DNA from: a virus
Taxonomy: Duplodnaviria > Caudoviricetes
Virus record (IMG/VR): IMGVR_UViG_3300031949_000050
Location: 1-54,183 of that record
DNA: 54,183 bases
Direction: 5' to 3' (one strand)
The stretch's first letter is position 1, and every line of letters begins with the position of its first letter. The position numbers were made by a program, and so were the translations under genes. The notes below the pieces were generated by a model. The model had not been told where the DNA came from. It searched no databases and worked only from the letters and a program-made list of their open reading frames with translations. Below, piece by piece: positions 46,121-54,183 of this stretch.

Positions 46121-46581
46121 CCCCTCTCGTCCTCATGGCGCTGCTCGCTGCGCCGAAGCCAAATCATGCCTACTTCGTGGCTCACGTCCAAGCCGCAGCT
46201 CGGCGTATGGGCGTCACCGATACGATCACTGTGGAGCCCTCCGTCGGGGAAATCCGCCTCACCCTGGTCGGGTTCAAGAAACCACAGCAGCGCCGAGCCT
46301 ACGTCCAGCCGGTGGGACGTGACTTCGTGGTGTTCTACGATCCTTCATGGCTGGCCAAGACGAGGGAGCGCGAGGCGCGGTGGGTGGCGTACCACGAGGT
46401 TGCGCACGTAGCCTTTGACGCTCCGCTGCTGCGCCGTGGGGTCGTCACGAAAGCAGAATCTCGTGAGATGGAGGATTGAGCCAACGACGCGGCCGACCAG
46501 TGGATTGCGGTTTTGGACAAGGAAGCGCGGAAGGGCGGCAAGCGCAAATGGCTGGCCATCGGCGCAGCCATTCTATTCTGA
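46117..46581 (+). pseudogene. HExxH metallopeptidase-like gene interrupted by an in-frame TGA (46477-46479)
   Basis: YHEVAH then EMED*ANDAA; the frame stays open to TGA 46581, just before the next RBS. Confidence 0.55.
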
Positions 46582-46594
46582 GGGGAGATAGCTC

Positions 46595-46816
46595 ATGGTG
46601 CTCTCACTGTACATGACCACGCGCAACGCGCACGCCTCGCTCGTGCTTTCTACGGAGGAGGCTGCGTATCAGGCCGAGGCGGCGGCGCGGCGGGCAAAGA
46701 CGAACCTCCGCGATGCCTGCACGTTCGGCGGTGACCGCTCCATGTTCGAGGACATCCGGACCAACCTCGTACTGCGGCTGCGGAAGATAGCGGAGGAGCT
46801 TGAGGCCAAGCGATGA
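46595..46816 (+). CDS. Hypothetical protein
   Basis: GGGGAG RBS; coupled to the next gene. Confidence 0.45.
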   Translation: MVLSLYMTTRNAHASLVLSTEEAAYQAEAAARRAKTNLRDACTFGGDRSMFEDIRTNLVLRLRKIAEELEAKR

Positions 46817-47025
46817 CCAAGATCACCGCCGTTCGTGATGCGTATTTCGCCGGCTACGTGGCCGCTCTAAAGCAGGCCGTGGACCGGCTGGACGACGACG
46901 GGACGCTCAACCGGGAATCCCTCGGATTCGTGCGCCAGACGTTCGAGCGCATGAAGCGGGTTGCGGAGGAAAACCGCAAGGGGCTGGAGGAAGCGGAGTT
47001 GACTTACAGCCACGCGGAGGAGTGA
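46813..47025 (+). CDS. Hypothetical protein
   Basis: Coupled ORF with a GAGG RBS. Confidence 0.45.
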   Translation: MTKITAVRDAYFAGYVAALKQAVDRLDDDGTLNRESLGFVRQTFERMKRVAEENRKGLEEAELTYSHAEE

Positions 47026-47330
47026 TGAGTGGATCTACGCCTGGAGCATGGAAGGCGATACGTCCCAAGAACGATCCGAATGCTTGGGACGTGGTTAACG
47101 AGAAGTCCGGCACCGTGATAGTCCGCCTGCCGTGGGGCACCTATGAACAGATCGTTCATCTGATCGCGGCGGCCCCGGATTTGCTCTATGCCGCGAAACT
47201 CGCCGCTCTCAACTTCTCCCGTCAGAACTTACATCCAGACGTGAACTTTCTCGGTGATGACGACCACGAAGCCTGGACCGCGCTCAACGCCGCCATTGCC
47301 AAGGCCAAAGGTCCCGCGGAGGAGAAATGA
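47022..47330 (+). CDS. Phage protein of the TPG(P/A)W...LIAAAPDL family
   Basis: STPGAW...HLIAAAPDLL...AAIAKAKG. Confidence 0.65.
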   Translation: MMSGSTPGAWKAIRPKNDPNAWDVVNEKSGTVIVRLPWGTYEQIVHLIAAAPDLLYAAKLAALNFSRQNLHPDVNFLGDDDHEAWTALNAAIAKAKGPAEEK

Positions 47331-47650
47331 GCAAGCACACGCCGGGACCGTGGATCTTCGATCCGGAGAATGAAGGGATGGACCATCATCGCGGGTGGGG
47401 CATTTCCGCTGAGGGGATGGCCACCGTGGCCCACTTGCCCGTCCGCGGTTGCGAAGGATCGGAGGCTCTGGCTGTATCCTACGCCAACGCCCGGCTGGTC
47501 GCTGCGGCCCCCGAGATGCTGGCGGCGCTGCACGAGATTGCCAAGGGCGAAGGACGCTTTAGCCGCGATCCTCTGGAACACGCCGCCAACACGATCGAGG
47601 ACATGAAGGCGTTGGCTGTGGCCGCCATCGACAAGGCCGAGGGCCGCTGA
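47327..47650 (+). CDS. Second TPGPW...ANARLVAAAPEML family protein (tandem paralog)
   Basis: MSKHTPGPW...ANARLVAAAPEML...AAIDKAEG. Confidence 0.7.
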   Translation: MSKHTPGPWIFDPENEGMDHHRGWGISAEGMATVAHLPVRGCEGSEALAVSYANARLVAAAPEMLAALHEIAKGEGRFSRDPLEHAANTIEDMKALAVAAIDKAEGR

Positions 47651-47901
47651 TGCCTCGGACCCCAACGTCCGCCATCGCCTGCCCGACGTGCGGCAGCCCG
47701 GCATCACACGTCGTGGACAGCCGCGGGGTGCGGGCGAGTGACTACATCCGCAGGCGGCGCGTCTGCGAGAGTGGCCATCGGTTCTCGACGGTGGAGACGG
47801 CGGTGCGAGAGACTCAGAAGCCGCAGGACGCGGCTTCGATAGTTCGCCGGATTCGGTTCCTCGTGGCCGAGCTCGAGGAGAAGCTTGGGGGCCTGACGTG
47901 A
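47650..47901 (+). CDS. NrdR-like N-terminal zinc-ribbon protein (no ATP cone)
   Basis: CPTCG...VVDSR...IRRRRVCESGHRFSTVE. Confidence 0.75.
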   Translation: MPRTPTSAIACPTCGSPASHVVDSRGVRASDYIRRRRVCESGHRFSTVETAVRETQKPQDAASIVRRIRFLVAELEEKLGGLT

Positions 47902-48311
47902 TAGTCCCTCGCTTCGCGGCCGTGGTCACGGACAAGGGGGAACTGAGAATCTCCGATCCGGTCGTGTGGCGCACTCGGGTCTCTGGGCTGCGGGGCAAAG
48001 AGGTTTGGGTCACGGTCCAGGCGCGGAAGGCGGCTCGCAGCCTGACGGCTAACGCTTACCTCTGGGTCTGCTACACCTACCTGGCCGCCTGGAGTGGCCA
48101 CGACCCGGAGGAGATCCACGAGGCCATGAAGGACATGTTCCTTCCTCGACGGGAGTCCAAGCTGCCGAGTGGCGAGGTGCTCTCCGCGCCGGGGAGCACG
48201 ACCGTCTTGGACACGCTGGAGTTCTCGGAGTACGTGAGCAAGGTCAAGCGCTTCGGGGCCGAGAACGGGTGCTATATCCCTGAGCCTGGAGAGGTTGAGG
48301 TGTCGCTGTGA
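47898..48311 (+). CDS. NinB/YbcN-like protein
   Basis: RSLTANAYLW...EEIHEAMKDMFL...STTVLDTLEFSEYV...GCYIPEP. Confidence 0.75.
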   Translation: MIVPRFAAVVTDKGELRISDPVVWRTRVSGLRGKEVWVTVQARKAARSLTANAYLWVCYTYLAAWSGHDPEEIHEAMKDMFLPRRESKLPSGEVLSAPGSTTVLDTLEFSEYVSKVKRFGAENGCYIPEPGEVEVSL

Positions 48312-48317
48312 TTGAGC

Positions 48318-48346
48318 TTGACTTATACCGTATGATGTACTATATT
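48318..48346 (+). promoter_or_regulatory. Sigma70-like promoter
   Basis: TTGACT, 17-bp spacer, TATATT, in an AT-rich gap. Confidence 0.75.
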
Positions 48347-48361
48347 CCAGTAGGGGGTTGA

Positions 48362-48508
48362 ATGGCTCGCAAGCTTACCGTGGTCGAAGTCGAGTGCATC
48401 CGATGCGATCACGTGTGGTTCCCTCGACGCGCCGGCCGGCCGCGGCGGTGCCCTCGGTGCGGTGATCCCAAGTACGACAAGCCACGACGCTGGAGGAGGA
48501 AGAAGTGA
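48362..48508 (+). CDS. Small double-CxxC zinc-finger protein (48 aa, not in ORF track)
   Basis: MARKLTVVEVECIRCDHVWFPRRAGRPRRCPRCGDPKYDKPRRWRRKK; first gene after the promoter. Confidence 0.65.
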   Translation: MARKLTVVEVECIRCDHVWFPRRAGRPRRCPRCGDPKYDKPRRWRRKK

Positions 48509-48791
48509 CCGACGTCAACGGCCGATACTCAGACCGCCTCGAGCCCCACAGCCGTCAGTGCTACGAATGCGGGCTGTCCCACGTGGGTACGCTCAACTGG
48601 CTTCGGTGCCCTGGCCCCGTCCCGGTCCCGGCCGCGCAGGAGCCGAAGGTAGACTATTCGGAATCGCTCGTCGGCCCGGTGAGGGATCACATGTGGGCCG
48701 AAGACATCTGGGCCGAAGACCTCGACTGAAAGAAACGAGGCCAGCGAGGGATGCCGCCCCGCTGGCCCATGGTTGAAGGGAGACAAACCAC

Positions 48792-49649
48792 ATGAACAAC
48801 GTAGCACAGGAAACGTCGGAGACGCAAGCGGTCACGCATCCGACTCAGAGTGCCGAGATCGGGGAGCTTGCCGCGGCGCTCGCCAAGGCGCAGGCCGAGT
48901 TCCCGAGCGTCAAGAAAGACCAGACGGCCAAGATCGAGAGCCAGAAAGGTTCGTATTCCTACACCTACGCGGACCTGGCTTCGGTGCTCGAGGCCGTGCG
49001 CGGGCCGTTGACGAAGAACGGTCTCGCCCTCGTGCAGCCCATGACGTGGAACGACGATCACCCATGGTTGCTCACGCGCCTGCTGCACTCCTCCGGTCAG
49101 TGGCTCGAGTCTCGCTATCCCCTGGCCACGTACGAACGGCCCCAGGAGATGGGGTCGGCCATCACCTACGCCCGGCGGTACGCGATCAGCGCGCTGCTCG
49201 GGATCGCGGCCGAGGAAGACGACGATGCCGCTGCGGCCGAGAAGGGAACGGAGCGCAGGCAGGAGAAGACAGCCGGTCCCAAGACTCCGTGCCCACGATG
49301 CGAGAAGACGAAGCCGGTGATCGCCAGCAAGTACGGCGAGGGCTGGTATTGCATGGACTGCAAGAAGGGCTTCTCCACGATGGTCACGGGCGAGGCTGGC
49401 GCAGCAGCGGCGGCTGCGGAGTTCACGACGAACAAGGCCGCGATACCGACGCGAGGGACTCGCGGACGGACGGATCTCCAGGCGTTGGTGGCCGAGTGCC
49501 GTCGCATCACGGGCGACCCCACGGCGAGCACCGATTTGCTCAAGGACATTCTGAAGACGGACAACCCAAACCAGAAGTTCACGGCCGACGCCATCAGCGC
49601 CGCCTGGGCTCTGCTGGAATCGCACCCGATCTTCGGGAGCGGTAAGTGA
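48792..49649 (+). CDS. erf: ERF-family single-strand annealing protein
   Basis: LAAALAKAQ...YTYADLASV...LLHSSGQW...QEMGSAITYARRYAISALLGIAAEEDDDA; C-terminal zinc ribbon. Confidence 0.9.
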   Translation: MNNVAQETSETQAVTHPTQSAEIGELAAALAKAQAEFPSVKKDQTAKIESQKGSYSYTYADLASVLEAVRGPLTKNGLALVQPMTWNDDHPWLLTRLLHSSGQWLESRYPLATYERPQEMGSAITYARRYAISALLGIAAEEDDDAAAAEKGTERRQEKTAGPKTPCPRCEKTKPVIASKYGEGWYCMDCKKGFSTMVTGEAGAAAAAAEFTTNKAAIPTRGTRGRTDLQALVAECRRITGDPTASTDLLKDILKTDNPNQKFTADAISAAWALLESHPIFGSGK

Positions 49650-49839
49650 GCGGCCCCACGCTTCGGACGCAGATCGAGAGCCAGATAGCGGAGATGCATC
49701 CGACGCCAGAGGAACGGCGCGAGTGCAAGCGGTGCGCCGAGCTCATGGAGATCCTGCACCAAGAGGCCGTCGAAGAGGACGAGGCGCGGTGGATGGCTGC
49801 GTTCTGCGAGTCCAACGGATTCGAGATTGTGAGGCAAGC

Positions 49840-50469
49840 ATGAGAGCCTATCACTTTGTGGCCGAGACGTTGCGTGACGGCCGTGCGGTGCCGGCGGATG
49901 GCGAGTGGCTGGAGCACGAGGGCCCGATGGTGATGTGTGAGAGCGGGCTGCACGCCTCTCTGCACCCGTTCGACGCCCTACAGTACGCTCCGGGCGCGAC
50001 GCTGTGCCTGGTGGACGTCGAGGGCGTGGTGGAGGAGCAGGGCGACAAGCTGGTGGCGCGGCGGCGCCGGATCGTCAGGCGGGTCGACGCGACGGCGCTG
50101 CTGCGCGAGTTCGCGCGGTGGTGCGCGTTGCAAGTCATTCATCTGTGGGACGCACCTGCGGTGGTGCGCGAGTATCTGGAGACGGGCCGCGAGGACCTGC
50201 GGGACGCCGCCAGTGACGCCGCCAGGGCCGCCGCCGGGGACGCCGCCTGGGCCGCCGCCTGGGCCGCCGCCGGTGACGCCGCCTGGGACGCCGCCTGGGA
50301 CGCCGCCAGTGACGCCGCCTGGGCCGCCGCCGGTGACGCCGCCTGGGCCGCCGCCAGTGACGCCGCCAGGGACGCCGCCAGTGACGCCGCCAGGGCCGCC
50401 GCCGGGGACGCTCAGCGTGCGAAGTTTGCGGAGATGGTCAATGCTGCTTTCGGAATGGAGGAGCTATGA
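49840..50469 (+). CDS. Phage protein with AAWDAA low-complexity repeats
   Basis: MCESGLHAS..PFDALQYA...DKLVARRR, then (D/A)AA(W/R/S/G) repeats. Confidence 0.75.
   Translation: MRAYHFVAETLRDGRAVPADGEWLEHEGPMVMCESGLHASLHPFDALQYAPGATLCLVDVEGVVEEQGDKLVARRRRIVRRVDATALLREFARWCALQVIHLWDAPAVVREYLETGREDLRDAASDAARAAAGDAAWAAAWAAAGDAAWDAAWDAASDAAWAAAGDAAWAAASDAARDAASDAARAAAGDAQRAKFAEMVNAAFGMEEL
50202..50412 (+). repeat. 12-bp coding tandem repeat
   Basis: g(a/c)cgccgccnnn units. Confidence 0.85.
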
Positions 50470-50747
50470 AGGCAATAGAAGCCGTTGGCATTGCGGTGTC
50501 AATCTCGGCGGCGCTGGTCGCCGGCTACCGCTTGGGCCTCGAGCGCGGCCTAGCTGATGGGCGGGCAGCGCGTCACGAGCTTGCTATCGACTTCGCTGTT
50601 GCCATCTCCGGTTGGCAGGAGTGCATCACCCTGGCCGAGGAGGGGCGGACGCTCGTGATGTTCTACCGGCAGGCGGCGCTCGGTGCTGGGCTGCGCGAGG
50701 ACGAACGCCCCGACATGCTCATGTCTGAGCCGCTGGAGGCACGATGA
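50466..50747 (+). CDS. Small membrane-anchored protein
   Basis: GGAGGAG RBS; N-terminal hydrophobic helix. Confidence 0.5.
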   Translation: MKAIEAVGIAVSISAALVAGYRLGLERGLADGRAARHELAIDFAVAISGWQECITLAEEGRTLVMFYRQAALGAGLREDERPDMLMSEPLEAR

Positions 50748-51061
50748 CTTTCGGGCTCGCCGTAGTCAAACCGGATCTTCGGGCCTACGTCGGGGAGAAG
50801 ATCGACCGGCACTTTTCGTGGAAGGCCGCCAAGCTTAAGCGGTACTACACGGACCTCGCCGCCGAGGCCATGAACCAGGGGCTCACGTTGCTGGCCGCCG
50901 CGAGTATCGTGAGTGCCGCTCACTGGCAGACGATGTGTGATCGGAACGGAACAGACACGGCCAGCCTCAACTGGCTGACCAAGTTCAACGCGGCTCAAAC
51001 CATCCCCGTTACGGATGTGGAGCCGGAAGTGACCGGGTTCGAAGTGGTGGATCCTCTATGA
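50744..51061 (+). CDS. Hypothetical protein
   Basis: GGAGG RBS; ATGA coupling. Confidence 0.55.
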   Translation: MTFGLAVVKPDLRAYVGEKIDRHFSWKAAKLKRYYTDLAAEAMNQGLTLLAAASIVSAAHWQTMCDRNGTDTASLNWLTKFNAAQTIPVTDVEPEVTGFEVVDPL

Positions 51062-51384
51062 GCGCCATACCTGGGGCGTTGCGCGGTGTGTTGCGCGTTG
51101 GAGAATGGACCTGTTGCGGGCGGATCCGCTCATCGGGTTGTAAGAACTGCCCGACGTGTGGAACGAACCAGGCCGATGCGATGCGCATGGCCGAGAGCCA
51201 GACCGCTGCGCTGCCTCCGTTGCGGGAGTTCCTGATCTACCGCTCCAAGCGGATCGTGGAGGCTACGACTGTTCTTGGGGAGTCCCTCGAGTCCGTGCGG
51301 CAGTCGTTGGCGTCGAGCGACCGGATGGAGTGGATCAAGATCGAGGAGACGACAGAGGGCCTCGAGGTGAAAGAGCGGCCATGA
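51058..51384 (+). CDS. Hypothetical zinc-finger protein
   Basis: WTCCG...CKNCPTCG. Confidence 0.45.
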   Translation: MSAIPGALRGVLRVGEWTCCGRIRSSGCKNCPTCGTNQADAMRMAESQTAALPPLREFLIYRSKRIVEATTVLGESLESVRQSLASSDRMEWIKIEETTEGLEVKERP

Positions 51385-51698
51385 TATTGGACGAGATCAG
51401 GGCCGACGCCAAGGCCGAGAAGAGCAGGCACAACAGTTGCGACTATTGTTCCGGAGCGCGCACACTTGACGAGTTTTGCACGGAGTTGAGGCAGGCCAAG
51501 CGCATCCTCGCCCTCGTTGCGGTAGTGGAACAGTCGGCCTACGCCATGACTGAGGCCGAGCGCAGCCTGCGTGCGTGGGCGCAACCGCTTGGCGGGATGG
51601 GCGTGAACATCCAACAGGAGGACAGAGGCCGCGCCGCATTGGCACTCCGTGAGATCACGAAGGCGCGCGCCGCCCTCGCCACGTTAGAGGCCCCGTGA
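51381..51698 (+). CDS. Hypothetical protein
   Basis: GAGGTG RBS; ATG at 51381. Confidence 0.45.
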   Translation: MILDEIRADAKAEKSRHNSCDYCSGARTLDEFCTELRQAKRILALVAVVEQSAYAMTEAERSLRAWAQPLGGMGVNIQQEDRGRAALALREITKARAALATLEAP

Positions 51699-51959
51699 CC
51701 ACCTACCGCGGCTGCCTGGAGTGCCGTAACGAGCTTTCGTGGGTCCTGAGCAAGGTGGGCCACGAGGTGCCGACCTGCGCGGTCCACGGTGAGCGACATC
51801 GCTGGGGCGTGTTCGACGAGGCAGGTAAGTGCTTGCATGTCGGTACGTTGGACGACGATCACGAGCACTTGGCCCGTCGTCGTGCGATCGGCCGGAGAAG
51901 CTGGAGACGCCGGCATGGACGAAGTCCGGAGGCGACGAGTGCGTAACTTCCCCGAGCCG

Positions 51960-52131
51960 TCTTTTTGTAGGCTTCCCTCTATCTACTTGATCTCTCAAAG
52001 GGATGTTCGTTTATACGGCAACGGACCATCTCCAAAGCAACACCATCTGCTCCAACGCCAACACCAAAGGGCTGACGTTCGTTGACGAGCGTTGACGGTC
52101 TGGGTGTGAACGATTGACGGAGACTGACGGT
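51960..52131. other. Candidate replication origin (AT-rich tract plus phased iteron-like repeats)
   Basis: TGACG at 52073, 52083, 52093, 52115 and 52125 (spacing 10, 10, 22, 10), after an AT-rich tract at about 51960-52020 and directly upstream of the initiator gene. Confidence 0.55.
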
Positions 52132-52142
52132 CATGCTAGGAT
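52114..52142 (+). promoter_or_regulatory. Sigma70-like promoter with extended -10
   Basis: TTGACG, 17-bp spacer, TGcTAGGAT; GGAGGT RBS downstream. Confidence 0.65.
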
Positions 52143-52162
52143 GGACGCGCTTGGAGGTAGGG

Positions 52163-52558
52163 ATGCCATGGACCCCTCTTGACGACGGGATGCTGACGAG
52201 CACCGTGCTCCAGAAGGGCCCGACCGTCGTCGCCGTTTGGACGCTTATTCTCGCCTCGTGCGACCGCTACGGCGTGAGCAAGCTCCAGCCAAGTGCGGTT
52301 GCTGGGCTCATGCGGATCAGCGACGACGAAGCAGAGCTCGCCTTTGAGATTCTCGCCTCGCCAGATGCGAAGAGTCGCAACCGCTCGGAAGAGGGCCGTC
52401 GCATCGTGAAGACCGAGGAAGGCTACTGGCGCGTCGTTTCCCACTCAAAATATCGCAGGCTCGCCTCAAGAGCGGCGGCTGTGGAGCGCCAGCAACGTTA
52501 CCAGGATCGAAGGGCACGGGAGGCCATGCTGGATTCCAAGGGACGAGGGCGCTCATGA
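52163..52558 (+). CDS. Phage replication initiator, N-terminal (winged-helix-like) part
   Basis: MLTSTV...VWTLILASCD...LASPDAKSR...GRRI...GYWRVVSHSKYR...ERQQRYQDRR. Confidence 0.65.
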   Translation: MPWTPLDDGMLTSTVLQKGPTVVAVWTLILASCDRYGVSKLQPSAVAGLMRISDDEAELAFEILASPDAKSRNRSEEGRRIVKTEEGYWRVVSHSKYRRLASRAAAVERQQRYQDRRAREAMLDSKGRGRS

Positions 52559-52794
52559 CCTTGACTGCTGAGCAGGCCCAAGCCTATGCCCAGGCGGTTT
52601 GGGATGAAGCGGGTGGCGGGCGGATCATGAGCCCCGCCGAGTGGGACTTGGTTCGTCGGTGGATTGAAGCCGAGATCCCCCTGGCCATCGTGCTGCGGGC
52701 GATCAAGGACACGGACAAGCCGTCGCGGTCGCTGCTGTATTACAGGCGTCCCGTTGAGAAGGCTGTCGAGCACTGGAGAAAGGCTCTGGCCTAG
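52555..52794 (+). CDS. DnaD/DnaB_2-like small protein
   Basis: SPAEWDLVRRWIEAEIPLAIVLRAI...SLLYY. Confidence 0.55.
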   Translation: MTLTAEQAQAYAQAVWDEAGGGRIMSPAEWDLVRRWIEAEIPLAIVLRAIKDTDKPSRSLLYYRRPVEKAVEHWRKALA

Positions 52795-52800
52795 GAGGAC

Positions 52801-53094
52801 ATGATGCGCTGTGTGACCGTGATCGAGGAAGACGGCGACGTACGGGAGTACCCTCGGGCCTACCGGGACCGGAAGGAGGGGATGCTCGCGGCGTTCTCCC
52901 TCGGAGCCATGTCCACCGTCAATGCGAAGGTGGAGCCGGTGCTGTACGTGCGGCTGCGCGACGTGCAGACCCAGGTCGAGGGACTTCGGGATGATCTCCG
53001 GCGGCACCACGAGGCTAACGGGTTCGTGCCGTCGTGGACGGTGCTGAGCAACATGCTCGAGGAGACGTTGGCCTCGTTTCTCGAGGAGGAGTGA
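52801..53094 (+). CDS. Hypothetical protein
   Basis: AGGAGG RBS. Confidence 0.5.
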   Translation: MMRCVTVIEEDGDVREYPRAYRDRKEGMLAAFSLGAMSTVNAKVEPVLYVRLRDVQTQVEGLRDDLRRHHEANGFVPSWTVLSNMLEETLASFLEEE

Positions 53095-53364
53095 ATGCTC
53101 TGGTTCTTGGCGCTGTTGGCCGCTACGATCTGGATCGTGGCCCGCGAGGCTGAGAAGGCCGAGTCAAGGCGGATGCGGCTGCATGCTCAACGAGAGTGGC
53201 AGCGTCAGGAACAGGATCGTCATCCGTGGCAGCGCGAGGAACCGTGGACCGGGATGGAGGAAGCGCATCGGCCGACGTGGACTCGGCGGCTGAGGCTCAT
53301 AGCCAAGCCGGATTGGTACCGTGAACAGCCGCGGCCGGTGTTCAGGGCGCGGAGACGATCGTGA
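53095..53364 (+). CDS. Small membrane-anchored protein
   Basis: GAGGAG RBS; MLWFLALLAATIWIVA. Confidence 0.45.
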   Translation: MLWFLALLAATIWIVAREAEKAESRRMRLHAQREWQRQEQDRHPWQREEPWTGMEEAHRPTWTRRLRLIAKPDWYREQPRPVFRARRRS

Positions 53365-53551
53365 CCCCAGCCCGCATGGAGCCGACACTGATCGTGCTCG
53401 AAGTGATCGTGCGCGGGAACAGTGATCGGGACCCATGGGAGTGGGCCGCCGCCGCCGCGAGGACGCTGGCGGTGGAGTTGTCCGATGGTCGATTCGGGCC
53501 AGGGGTGGATGTGATGGTGCAGGCCACGGAAGCGCGGCTGGAGGTGAAGCG

Positions 53552-53812
53552 ATGATCTTGAAGCGTCTGGCAGAACTCCCGGACGTCCGCGTAGGCTAGG
53601 TCTGGGAGGACAACGACAAGCGCCAGCGAGGGCGGCGTTCGGTGAGGGTGATCGAAGTGGATAGGATCTTTGCCCTGTGTGAAGTGCTGTACGGCGGAAA
53701 GCCGACGAGACGAACGACTCTCATCCGGCTACGCCGCTTTCGGCCGACGAGCACAGGATACCGATTGATCTCAGAGCCGCCCGACGAGCCGGAGGAGGTG
53801 AAGCGTGGCTGA
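53552..53812 (+). pseudogene. Small phage gene interrupted by an in-frame TAG (53597-53599)
   Basis: GGAGGTG RBS; MILKRLAELPDVRVG*VWEDNDKR...RLRRFRPTSTGYRLI; frame stays open to TGA 53812. Confidence 0.6.
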
Positions 53813-54128
53813 TGATCTGGTAGAGGCGGCATGCCGAGCCTGGCTGAAGGAGAACATGCCCCTGGACCTGCGCGACGACGGAGAGCCTCACTTCGCAGAC
53901 GTCTTGCTTTTGGTCGCCTTCGTCCTCAAGCACCGCCGCGAGGGTAAGAGGGAGATGCGGGAGAGGGTGGCGCAGTTTGTCGGGGCGCACTATCCGGCGA
54001 GAATCAGCAACGATGTTAGAGCGTTCTGGGCAGTAGTGCCGGAGTTGGACGGCGGAAAAATCCAGGGTGAATACGTCAAGGCGATCCGCGCGCTGCCCGA
54101 CGAGCCGGAGCCGAAGGAGGAGCGATGA
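53805..54128 (+). CDS. Hypothetical protein
   Basis: GGAGGTG RBS; ends in a KAIRALP motif. Confidence 0.55.
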   Translation: MADDLVEAACRAWLKENMPLDLRDDGEPHFADVLLLVAFVLKHRREGKREMRERVAQFVGAHYPARISNDVRAFWAVVPELDGGKIQGEYVKAIRALPDEPEPKEER

Positions 54129-54183
54129 AGCTGAGCAAGATTAAGGCTGATGCGGAATCGGGCCGCTGGACGCACGAAGACGC

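Noticed and set aside
47650-47901. Genuine nrdR repressor
   Set aside because: Only the zinc ribbon is present; there is no ATP-cone domain.
48773-49645. 290-aa ORF overlapping erf
   Set aside because: Alternative frame of the clear ERF gene, with Arg/Gly-rich shadow composition and no motif.
50202-50412. Non-coding tandem repeat, or the Pro-rich ORF 49937..50557
   Set aside because: Explained by the AAWDAA repeats of 49840..50469; the PPG-repeat ORF is a shadow frame.
1-54183. Genome-wide stop-codon reassignment (TAG=Gln or TGA=Trp)
   Set aside because: TAG and TGA end many genes at expected positions (groES ends in TAG, the capsid gene in TGA), long genes have no internal stops, and no suppressor tRNA was seen. 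Only isolated cases occur.

Overview
A high-GC, probably near-complete tailed-phage genome (podovirus-like) with essentially all real genes on the + strand. Approximate order: accessory, lysis and lipoprotein genes (0.5-8.6 kb); TerS, C5-methyltransferase and TerL (8.6-12.6 kb); scaffold, HNH and major capsid protein (14.7-18.1 kb); adaptor, nozzle, ejection and fibre-like genes (20.8-31.3 kb); a displaced 890-aa portal, GroES and a 1571-aa polyvalent/ejection protein (32-44.3 kb); an early region with sigma70-like promoters, ERF recombinase, NinB-like gene and replication initiator (44.4-54.2 kb). No integrase, DNA polymerase, tRNA or CRISPR array was recognised. Three observations stand out. 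(1) The capsid gene appears split by two tandem, ORF-less group I introns of about 200-220 nt, with a 16-nt first exon and a 33-nt micro-exon; splicing rebuilds MATGAFEDISTELKNLYP..., and a free-standing HNH gene lies just upstream. (2) The methyltransferase frame stays open across a nested beta-like polypeptide and a complete nested HNH endonuclease. (3) Six fibre/LamG/FN3-like genes in one block all begin with Sec-type signal peptides, and four lipoproteins sit near the lysis genes. All assignments come from reading motifs and base-pairing by eye; no searches or folding were run.
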